Positions 54,301 to 64,000 of a stretch of 64,000 nucleotides of DNA are shown one piece after another. The position numbers and the translations under genes were made by a program. A model generated the notes under the pieces. It was not told the DNA's origin. It ran no database searches and saw only the letters and a program-made list of their open reading frames with translations. The stretch covers positions 19,971,910 through 20,035,909 of the forward strand of contig NC_134031.1 in NCBI RefSeq assembly GCF_964204645.1, given 5' to 3'. Positions within the stretch are counted from its first letter, which is position 1. The number at the start of each line of letters is the position of its first letter. Source of the DNA: Tubulanus polymorphus. Taxonomy: Eukaryota > Animalia > Nemertea.

Positions 54301-56560
54301 TCTAATAATACTGTCAAATACATAAGACATATGCAGAAACTATTCTATTTTACGAGTAATCTCGATAAATTTCCCTGAGCTTTAGAGTTTACACTGACTA
54401 TTCCCTGAATTTTTTGAAGAAAAGAAAATAGCTTATTCCTGATTTCTGGGTTTAGTAGTCACCTGCTTATGTAACCGGTAACTGACAACTGGGTCAGTCA
54501 AATACAAACCTGAACAAAACCTGGCTAGACCGGTATAAAGTACAATTTACCCCTGGGGATATCTTCTTTTTCGTTACCTACTAATTCACCTTGATATTTA
54601 GGAATCAAACAATATGAATTGTTAAGCCCAGAAAAACTTACCCTGTTTGCTGATATGTTAGATTTTAGTGATAACAGGGCATCAATTCTATGATCTCTAT
54701 GCGCTGAATCTGTCTCATCTTGTTTCCTTTCTTTCTGATTCCGTCTAACAAAAACAAAGTAGATTCAACTCAGTTAAAATCGAAAATTACTGATCTTTTT
54801 CATTTTGCAGAAATAGCTTCACAATGTAGTGAGATTTACTACTGTACATTAAAACATACTTAGCCATGGAATTTTTGAGGAACACATTAGCGCGATCCTG
54901 ACTCTTTTTCGCTTCTTCTTTGAAATGGTTATGACGTAAAGACATATTTTCGTGCTGTGCTTCAATCTCGCTGTAAATATTAGAAAATTACGACATTTTT
55001 CGAAGCTTCTATTTGAAAATATCAATATCGCGACAACTGAGAAATACAAATTTACAAGAGTTACCTTTCCTTTTTCTTGTAAATTTTCTGGGAATTTTTC
55101 GAGTATTTCTTTTCCTTTTTCAGTCGATTTTGAGCGACTTCGTTTCGTTGTTCGAGATATTGAATTTCTCTATTCTGCAGATCGTCCTCCTCCAGTTGGT
55201 ATCGGCCCTGATTAACTTGAGACTTTGCCAGGTTATATCTGTAAAAATGGTCGGTAGTTCTAAATTATGTTTTGACTTTCTATTTAATTACTTAAATCTT
55301 AATCCAATTGTCTGATTCTCGTATAGATATTCTGTTATTTCATTTTGTTCCTCAGTACGCCTGATGATGACTAATAGTATTTAACCGAAACATCTTTGAC
55401 TGAATAATTAGGGATTTCTCTTGTCATCCAACTTACACTTCGTATCTTCTCGACTCATTAATTATTTACTTACTCGGCTAATTCTACTTGATATTTAATC
55501 TTTCCCTCTAATTCCAGTTCAGCTTCGATTTCCTTCACTAAACGTTCGTGTTGATTGCTCAGACGACAGACGGCGGCGCTGGAAAAACGATTCCGAATTC
55601 AACTTTCTGATCTGAGAGCGCGGCTTAAACCTCAATCCCTACAGCCATGTATTCGTACTTACACATTTCCATCCACTTCAGAATTTTGAATCTCTTCGAA
55701 AACTTCATTTCTTTCCGTTTCGAGTGATTGTAATTTCTCGCGACACATACTCAACTCCTCTCTATTCAAAACACGTAGAAAATATCGAAATGAAATGTCA
55801 TCAGAAAATCATATTTTCAAGGATTTGTTTTTGAAGAGTTTTTTTTTACCGTGTTTTCTGCAGTAAATAATCACATTCCTGGACTCGTTCGTTCAACTGG
55901 TCGAGATACCGACGAGTATAAATCATTCCAACTCGATCGTCGTGAGTGATTTTAGACGGCGTAGCAACAACTTCTTCGGTCGTACTAAAAAAAAGCAAAC
56001 GACAACAATACAAGCCGTGTTGCTAATGTCTGATTGAACTCGGCTCGAGAGGACGTAGTAGATATAGGTGTTAATACAACCGGAATTGACGAGCGGCTGA
56101 ACTAAAACATCGATTTTTAATCTATTTTCACAGCATCGAAGGATTGCCCACAAAGTCTCGTTTAAAAGGGGTGGATAATGCTGGAAAGTGTCACCATTTA
56201 CATCAACTATAGCAATATGTCTCCAAGCTTACAACACATGAGGTTTTTCAAATCATCATAAACTATGGTAGGCCTATGTAGGTATGGACACATTGTTAGG
56301 CCTAACATTCAAAATTATAAAGTCACTTTTTAAAAGTCACTTTAAAGAGATTTTCTCATATAGCAATCCAAAGAACAAATGATTTTCTACCTGACCGAAA
56401 AAATGTCATCATCTTCTTCCTCTTCAGCAGCTGGTACCGGTAACGAAGCATCATCACCGAGATCATTATTGTCATCATCGATTATACCTAAAATATCCTC
56501 TTCATTTTCATTCTCATCAGTATTCGCAACGTTCACAGCCAGCTCTGTATTCGTGTCCAT
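42373..56560 (-). CDS. CFAP74: Cilia- and flagella-associated protein 74 (42 coding exons, ~1692 aa)
   Basis: Phase-consistent minus-strand exons: 56391-56560 (ATG), 55850-55984, 55663-55761, 55474-55578, 55065-55238, 54860-54970, 54642-54744, 53989-54146, 53742-53874, 53406-53480, 52917-53037, 52692-52816, 52471-52590, 52188-52306, 52037-52103, 51863-51952, 51476-51599, 51174-51223, 51003-51096, 50415-50629, 50177-50299, 49780-49901, 49301-49429, 49125-49212, 48714-48887, 48489-48622, 48223-48398, 47827-47927, 47588-47743, 47009-47154, 46797-46922, 46311-46476, 45929-46048, 45694-45846, 45264-45396, 44794-44859, 44625-44713, 44406-44532, 44013-44140, 42722-42790, 42566-42631, 42373-42471 (TAA); total 5079 nt. 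An N-terminal coiled coil is followed by ASH/Ig-like repeats with CFAP74-type motifs: EPEFEGLW, GREFKGVAFYSKPSVIHFKDFDVGK, FDPPGQMSAG, AQTGPFSIPLQCTTKKC, VDLKICMYDRLYQD, VQPNDGFGTLLPLE, GVHPPLELSH. Confidence 0.92.
44254..44323 (+). pseudogene. tRNA-derived fragment (SINE head or pseudogene) in a CFAP74 intron, antisense
   Basis: A-box TGGTCTACTGG and an intact T-arm CCGGG-TTCAATC-CCCGG; acceptor and anticodon stems are degenerate. Confidence 0.6.
44932..45216 (+). mobile_element. Non-autonomous DNA element, CAGGGTGGCCAC-type termini with repeated TTCCCTGAC motifs (hAT-like)
   Basis: Related copies at ~265-305(-), 15330-15450(-), 31352-31535, 49467-49730, 51300-51410 and 54222-54464. Confidence 0.7.
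46049..46310 (-). other. U12-type (minor spliceosome) GT-AG intron in CFAP74
   Basis: 5' site |GTATCCTTT. Branch-like CCTTAAT (46062-46068) lies about 12 nt before the CAG acceptor, with no long polypyrimidine tract. Confidence 0.85.
47408..47574. mobile_element. Small TIR element (AGGGGTGGATCTAG / CTAAATCTGCCCCT)
   Basis: Imperfect 14-bp inverted termini inside a CFAP74 intron. Confidence 0.5.
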
Positions 56561-56707
56561 CTATTAGGAAAAGATTTAATTAAAGGGCCTACAGACCTAC
56601 CGGATATAACCTCACATGATTAAAATCTATCATCAATAATTGTTAATTCTATTGGAATTGAATTTTTTGAATTGTTGATTGGTTACTTTTTTGATAGATT
56701 TACTTAC

Positions 56708-56920
56708 ACTTCACGATCTTTGACTTTATGAATTTGAAGCGACTTCGGGAAGTTTAAATTTCGATAAACTGCGTTCAATCGTATAAGAATTAGCAAAATG
56801 GGAATTACTGTAGCGCGAATCTATCGTCAAATTCCGATTTTAATGTTTTCCGTAATAGAATTTGTTTACATCGGCCATCTTGCTTGTTACTAACCGGAGA
56901 AATAGACTGGTTGCCGGTCT
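56708..56920 (-). promoter_or_regulatory. Probable first (5'UTR) exon and promoter of CFAP74
   Basis: Donor AGT|GTAAGT at 56707 in a CpG-rich patch. Also a YY1-like AAGATGGCCG, a forkhead core TGTTTAC (56863-56869) and RFX-half-site-like GTTACTAAC / GTTGCCGG. Confidence 0.5.
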
Positions 56921-57686
56921 AGACTGCGAAATAGAAACACTGGAACCTATAACAACAACATAACCCTATAAAAGACCCGGCAGGAACTGATTACAAATTT
57001 TATTAGGCATATATCTAACCAAAATGACCCGGCCGCTGCGAAGAAACAAAGTATCATTTTTGTTTAGCCTTGAACTTGGAATTATTTATGTCACTTTTAG
57101 GCATTTATGAGAAATAAAGCTAGAGGTTTTCATCAATAAATGTTAACGTTTTTATCCTTCGATTTCAATAAATTATTCTAAAATTTAAGAAAAAAAAACA
57201 GGCGGTGGCTAAATTAGGAGGGGAAGCTGTTGGGAATCAAGTAATTTATTTTTATGGCCTCATTAAAGTTCCACGATTGTTCAGCTGGCTACTGGCGCGT
57301 GTTCAACACGGCAGTTGAACCTTCGATAACTCCATTCAACAATAACGAGACACAATTGCGGTTTTTCAGAGTTGGTTGATATCATTCACACGCGCTATTG
57401 ATCACAATTGGAATACGTCACCGGCTGACCACAGTGCGTAAGCATAGGAAATCATTCACCTCCGCTCTCTCACACTGTGCAGACATGCTTCCGTGGATTC
57501 TCCTGGCGATCTTCGCTGCGCTCCTGTTCCTGCTTCCTGAGGAACGACGTCTTTATGTCTTATGTGTTACTGTTCGTCTCTGTGCTGTCCTGTACTGTTC
57601 CGTGTTAATTAATCCGTTCTATTTTTCAGGAATTAACCCGTTCTTTATTTCAGGGCCGATTTCTCTGTCGAATTTCAACGTTTGCT

Positions 57687-57930
57687 GGAACAAAACTAAT
57701 GTCCGAAAGCGTCAGCTCTCCTTCGCCGGTCACGTGTCGAGGATGTCAGACAAAGAGTCGGTCAGGAAATGGCTGCCCTCTACACGCCCTCATACGGAAC
57801 ACAAAACCAGGATGACGAGGCCACACTCTCCCCAAGTATCAACAGAGTGTGCTGGGTGACGTCAATGACGGGCAAGTCAGTCGAATTGCACGGGTTAAAA
57901 ATGGAGTGGTTAAGCTGGACTGTCTACTAG
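57687..57930 (+). mobile_element. RTE-like LINE 3' fragment
   Basis: Encodes VRKRQLSFAGHVSRMSDKESVRKW, resembling the RTE ORF C-terminal R-x-L-x-F-A-G-H-x-x-R motif; a diverged inverted copy lies at 58128-58362. Confidence 0.65.
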
Positions 57931-58131
57931 TATTCATTGATTCCTTTTCAGGGATTGCTTCGGACAAAGATTTAGTCTTGTCTTCCTTTGCGTTCTAGCA
58001 TTCATTGATTCTTTTTAAGGGATTGCTTCGGGCAGGGATTAATTTTCCTGTTTCCTTTGCGTGCTAGGATTCATTGATTCCGCGTGGGTTGCTTCGGGCA
58101 GGGCTAAGTCTTGTCTTCCTTTGAGTGCTAG
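57927..58131. repeat. Three diverged 64-69-bp tandem units
   Basis: CTAG.ATTCATTGATTC...TTGCTTCGG...TTCCTTTG units starting at 57927, 57995 and 58064. Confidence 0.85.
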
Positions 58132-58362
58132 TGCGGGCAATCCAGTTGCGCTGCCCTATTTTTGGCTTGGGTAATTTGATAGGTTTGTCACCCGGCACAC
58201 CCTGTCGGTAAATGGTGAAAGTAAGGCGTCGTCATCCTGGTTTTCACGTTTTGTGTGAGGACGTGTAGAGGGCAGTATATTCCTGGCTGGCTCTTTGTCT
58301 GGTGTTCTCGGCATGTGACCGGCAACGGAGAGCTGTAAAGCTTTCGGACATTGGTTTTGTTC
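58128..58362 (-). mobile_element. RTE-like LINE 3' fragment, inverted second copy
   Basis: Its reverse complement aligns by eye with 57687-57930 (GGAACAAAAC, AATGTCCGAAAGC, CAGCTCTCC, GCCGGTCAC, CAGACAAAGAG, CTGCCCTCTACACG, AAAACCAGGATGACGA). Confidence 0.65.
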
Positions 58363-58404
58363 CGTACCAGATTTTCATCGCTCTTCTCTTTTTTTATATT
58401 TTAG

Positions 58405-58750
58405 GATTCCCAAGATGAAGAAGAAGATGCTGAAGGCGACTACAACGAAGACGATGCCGAAAAAAGAACGCTGAACTCAGCAATATTGAAAGTTAAGTTG
58501 ATACACATGTAAATTACGATGTATGATACAGAAAGCATTGTGTAACTACAGAATATCATTCTTTTGCTCATTTCAGCTAAACTTAATCTGGAAAGGCCCA
58601 GCGTGATATCAACCTGAAATCTACCCACCAGAAGAGACTCCACCTTGATTAAACCAACCACCGAAAGACCTGCCGCAACCGAACCTGGCAGTCTCGACCT
58701 CATTCTGAATAGGCAACAGGAATGCATACATACCGGGACATAAAGCTAAG
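58405..58750 (+). pseudogene. Possible decayed spliced gene fragment of unknown identity
   Basis: Strong acceptors at 58404 and 58577, acidic frame DSQDEEEDAEGDYNEDDAEKRTLNSAILK, donor-like sites lacking GT, and an in-frame TGA. Confidence 0.3.
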
Positions 58751-59109
58751 TTGATTTTTCATAGCCTACCTGGAGCAAAATGCATAGGCACTGGAGAGGA
58801 TAGAGACGCTGGTCAAGCTCGGCATCTCCACACTTCTTTATCAAAGCTCTGTGGCCGGTATATTGTTGATAGTAAAATGAAATATAACTAGGGAAATGAT
58901 TGCTTAAATATTTACAATATTAGACGAAATCAATGAGTGGGGTCCCTTTAAATATAGGCCTACTTTGGCTGATAATTAAAATGAAGATTGGTCAGTTATT
59001 AATTTTGATTTTTTTTAAGTATGTACAATTAAGGTAAATTCAATATTTTATGTGACATTTGAAATTTTTCGAATGTACTGTAGATATTTCAGGCCTCATA
59101 TGACTATTG

Positions 59110-60650
59110 TTTAACTGACAATCAAGATATAGATAGGACAATTTACTAATTAACCAATCGCTTAGAAATTAGCAATCATTCAATATCATATAATATTTGA
59201 TGGGAAATTCTTCTAGTGTAGATATTTTAGGGCCCCATGTACAGTTAGGGTCGCTTTACTTGTAAAGATATATATCAATTAAACTTTATCATCGGTTAAT
59301 AGATTTTTTACAAGTATATTGATACATTTATAAACATTCAGGTACTTTACAATATATATTATGTGTTGCTTTACCCATTGCATTAATGAATTTCTCCGCG
59401 GAAAGATGTATAAAATAGTGTCTAGGGCTCTATCGAGATCTGGTGTAATATGGGGAAAACTATGGACTGCGGGTCTTTTAGAAACTATGATTACGTCACA
59501 GCACTTTGACAAATCTAGAATGAAACAAAGCTTAAATTGATTCAAATCATTCCCCAGAGCCATACTCTGTGCATTGTTTTGCGCTATGATTATTATTTAA
59601 CTGACAATTATCATATATATAGCTAGGACAAATTGCTCATTAACAAATGGCTTAGATATCCACAATTAAGATTCCACAATCAATATTTAATGTACGATCA
59701 AAAACTATTTATACGGTAGGCCTATGTCATACAGGTCCATAATATAAATGTCGTTAAACTGACAATTTAAATATAGCTGATATATGTATGAGCACATCTG
59801 AATCAGTCTCATCGACTGATCAGTATTTACATCTCCAACTGCCATACTTACGGCAACTGGTCATGCTCTTCAATATTGCCAGAATTTACCAAAACCTAAC
59901 TGATTCAAATAATATCTAAAAGCATTACTGTGTGTCAAATGAAACATAATAGATATAGTTCAACTGACAATTAGAATATAGCTTGAATTACTCATTAACG
60001 TATTACTTAGATATCTTTAATTAAGGTAAATTCAGTATGTTATATGAAATTATTTTTAATTCAGGTCCATGGACATTTAAAGCTGATACATGTGTATCAG
60101 AGCACATTTATTTATCTGTATCTAAAGTGAACCTATTGTGTCTTCATACAGCTGTATTAGTTCTGATACATATTGCCAAAATCATTTAACGCAGATTTAC
60201 TTCCGATCGAAGGGAGATAAAACAAATCTGAACGTGCACAAATACATTCCAGAATTTGGAAGGGGAATATTTCAATTTCACTGTGTATGTCAGATTGAAA
60301 GCCTTATTCTGACAGGATGTCCTAAACTTAGGTCTTATTCCTCTTGCTAATAGCTCTCTTTTACTAACCCCTCTCCTTCAATCTATATTCCAGCATCATG
60401 ACTCGCACCGCACCAGGGAGGTCCAGTCATAACAAGGTGTTTCGGTCCTTATACACAGTGTACTGTAAAAGGGAAATAAAGATTATATAGCAATTCGGCT
60501 AAGGGAATTTCTAATTTACCACTAAAAATGTGCTTTTATCGTAAGTTCTGATGAATTCAACTGACAATTAAAATGTAGCTAGTATGATTACTAATTAGCG
60601 GATTGCTTTAGATATCTAGAAGATTAATTAAAATAAATTCAATATAATGA
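59110..60650. repeat. Old, irregularly spaced local repeat (AACTGACAATT...ATATAGCT...GCTTAGATATC)
   Basis: Diverged units at ~59112, 59598, 59757, 59961 and 60558. Confidence 0.7.
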
Positions 60651-61063
60651 ATATAAGTGAAAATTATTAAAAAAATAGCGCAGTGGATGAGACGACTGTA
60701 TCGCGCAATGTCGTCTGCGTCTAACTGGGCCACATGTGTGTGGGATCTGTTGAATCAGTTAGGTTTTGGGGACTCTGGATTCGTCAATTTAAATTATAGA
60801 GGACATTAATTGATTGTTTAGGCATCTATGATAAAGATTAATTCAGCATCTTCATATGAGGTAAAAGTGCTCAAATCCAAACCATAGGGGGTTGATTGTA
60901 TAATTTAATATTGGCTGATATCAAAAGAATACAGGAAGTGTAACTCCGGCTCTTGTGCAAAGGATTTATTGAATCTTTAAAAAAACTTTGCTGAATTCTG
61001 GATTTATCAAGGTGTGGGAATGATTCAAAGTTTCTTATGTCTAAATCTGGATGAATTGAAAGA

Positions 61064-64000
61064 GGCAGAAAAAAGTTAACCTTGTAATATAGATATCCAA
61101 AATCTCGACGTATTCAAATAGGCACAAAAAAAGTTAACCTTGTAATATAGATATCCAAAATCTCGATGTAATAAATTAGGTAGAAAAAAAAATTAACCTT
61201 GTAATATAGATATCCAAAATCTAGATGTATTCAAATAGGCAGAAAAAAAATTAACCTTGTAATTTAGATATCCAAAATCGAAATGTAATGAATTAGGCAG
61301 AAAAAAATTAACCTTTTAATATAGATATCCAAAATCTAGATGTATTGAAAAAGGCAGAAAAAAATTAACCTTGTAATTTAGATATCCAAAATCTCAGTGT
61401 TTTGAAATAGGCAGAAAAAAAGCTTACCTTGTAATATAGATATACCAGATATCCAGAAGTATAAACAATTAATCAGGAGCAGCTGAGACAATAGTGTATA
61501 TTATGTAGAGTTATTCAGGAGCAGCAGAGACAATGCGTATCTTATAAACACTTATTCAGGAGCAGCAGAGAAATTGCGTATCTTATAAACACTTATTCAG
61601 ACAGTGCGTATCTTATAAACACTTATTCAGGAGCAGCAGAGACAATGCGTAACTTAAAAACATTTGTTCAGGAGCAGCAAGGCACAAAAAAAGTTAACCT
61701 GGTAATATAGATATCCAAAATCTTGATGTAATAAATTAGGCAGAAAAAAAGTTAACCTTGTAATATAGAAATCCAAAATCTCGATGTATTGAAATAGGCA
61801 GAAAAAAGTTAACCTTGTAATATAGATATCCAAAATCTTAATGTAATAGAATAGGCAGAAAAAAAATAACCTTGTAATATAGATATCCAAAATCTAGATG
61901 TAATAAATTAGGTAGAAAAAAAGTTAACCTTGTAATATAGATATCCAAAATCTCGATGTAATAAATTAGGTAGAAAAAAAATTAACCTTGTAATATAGAT
62001 ATCCAAAATCTTGATGTAATAGAATAGGCAGAAAAAAGTTAACCTTGTAATATAGATATCCAAAATCTCGAAGTAATAAATTAGGTAGAAAAAAAATTAA
62101 CCTTGTAATATAGATATCCAAAATCTCGATGTAATAAATTAGGTAGAAAAAAAATTAACCTTGTAATATAGATATCCAAAATCTCGATGTAATAGAATAG
62201 GCAGAAAAAAAGTTAACCTTGTAATATAGATATCCAAAATCTCGATGTAATAAATTAGGTAGAAAAAAAGTTAACCTTGTAATATAGATATCCAAAATCT
62301 CGATGTAATAAATTAGGTAGAAAAAAAATTAACCTTGTAATATAGATATCCAAAATCTCGATTTGTTAAAATAGGCAGAAAAAATTAAGCTTGTTATATA
62401 GTATCCAAAATCTCGAAGTAATAAATTAGGTAGAAAAAAAGTTAACCTTGTAATATAGATATCCAAAATCTCGATGTAATAAATTAGGTAGAAAAAAAAT
62501 TAACCTTGTAATATAGATATCCAAAATCTCGACGTATTCAAATAGGCACAAAAAAAGTTAACCTTGTAATATAGATATCCAAAATCTCGATGTAATAAAT
62601 TAGGTAGAAAAAAAATTAACCTTGTAATATAGATATCCAAAATCTCGATGTAATAGATTAGGTAGAAAAAAAATTAACCTTGTAATACAGATATCCAAAA
62701 TCTTGATGTAATAGAATAGGCAGAAAAAAAGTTAACCTTGTAATATAGATATCCAAAATCTCGATGTAATAAATTAGGTAGAAAAAAAATTAACCTTGTA
62801 ATATAGATATCCAAAATCTAGATGTATTGAAATAGGCAGAAAAAAAATTTACCTTGTAATATAGATATCAAAGATCTCAATTTATTAAGATAGGGCAGAA
62901 AAAAAAGTTAACCTTGTAATATAGATATCCAAAATCTCGATGTAATAAATTAGGTAGAAAAAAAATTAACCTTGTAATATAGATATCCAAAATCTCGATT
63001 TGTTAAAATAGGCAGAAAAAATTAAGCTTGTTATATAGTATCCAAAATCTCGATGTAATAAAATAGGCAGAAAAAAAGTTAACCTTGTAATATAGATATC
63101 CAAAATCTCGATTTGTTAAAATAGGCAGAAAAAATTAAGCTTGTTATATAGTATCCAAAATCTCGATGTAATAAAATAGGCAGAAAAAAAATTAACCTTG
63201 TAATATAGATATCCAAAATCCCGATGTAATAAATTAGGTAGAAAATAAATTAACCTTGTAATATAGATATCCAAAATTTCGATGTTATAGAATAGGCAGA
63301 AAAAAAGTTAACCTTGTAATATAGATATCCAAAATCTCGATGTAATAAATTAGGTAGTAAAGAAAGTTAACCTTGTAATATAGATATCCAAAATCTCGAT
63401 TTGTTAAAATAGGCAGACAAAATTAACCTTGTAATATAGATATGCAAAATCTAGATGTAATAAATTAGGTAGAAAAAAAAATTAACCTTGTAATATAGAT
63501 ATCCAAAATCTCGATGTAATGAATTAGGTAGAAAAAAAATTAACCTTGTAATATAGATATCCAAAATCTCGATGTAATAGAATAGGCAGAAAAAAAGTTA
63601 ACCTTGTAATATAGATATCCAAAATCTAGATGTAATAAATTAGGTAGAAAAAAAAATTAACCTTGTAATATAGATATCCAAAATCTCGATGTAATGAATT
63701 AGGTAGAAAAAAAATTAACCTTGTAATATAGATATCCAAAATCTCGATGTAATAAATGAGGTAGAAAAAAAATTAACCTTGTAATATAGATATCCAAAAT
63801 CTCGATTTGTTAAAATAGGCAGAAAAAATTAAGCTTGTTATATAGTATCCAAAATCTCGATGTAATAAATTAGGTAGAAAAAAAAGTTAACCTTGTAATA
63901 TAGATATCCAAAATCTCGATGTAATGAATTAGGTAGAAAAAAAAATTAACCTTGTAATATAGATATCCAAAATCTCGATGTAATAGAATAGGCAGAAAAA
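61064..64000. repeat. AT-rich ~58-bp satellite array (about 45 units, runs off the window)
   Basis: AGG(C/T)AGAAAAAAA(G/A)TTAACCTTGTAATATAGATATCCAAAATCTCGATGTAATAAATT; interrupted at ~61446-61680. Confidence 0.97.
61473..61680. repeat. ~41-bp minisatellite inserted in the satellite
   Basis: TTATTCAGGAGCAGCAGAGACAATGCGTATCTTATAAACAC-type units, 5-6 copies. Confidence 0.88.

Noticed and set aside
57398-57859. 153-aa ORF with a hydrophobic stretch
   Set aside because: Starts at TTG and is a chimera of low-complexity sequence and a LINE fragment.

Overview
Animal (invertebrate-like, AT-rich) nuclear genomic DNA with spliceosomal introns; nothing prokaryotic or CRISPR-like. I rebuilt two convergent multi-exon genes by hand from splice sites and reading-frame phase. 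On + is a PLEKHG5/Syx-type DH-PH RhoGEF (14 coding exons, 18433-40159, true N-terminus not located, ends in the PDZ motif -SEV). On - is CFAP74, a motile-cilia protein (42 coding exons, 56560-42373, about 1692 aa). Introns and flanks carry several MITE families, tRNA-derived fragments, LINE relics, many minisatellites, and a ~58-bp satellite that fills the last 3 kb. Best leads: (1) two near-identical 358-bp MITEs in opposite orientation enclosing exactly five phase-0 RhoGEF exons (585 nt, no stop), a candidate back-splicing/circRNA or in-frame skipping unit; (2) a U12-type intron and a 12-nt microexon in CFAP74; (3) a 10-nt last coding exon that supplies the PDZ motif; (4) a GC-AG intron; (5) degenerate minimal-hammerhead-like repeats; (6) an inverted RTE-LINE pair around a tandem array upstream of CFAP74. 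Most long ORFs in the supplied track are repeat artefacts. Homology calls are from memory, not from database searches.
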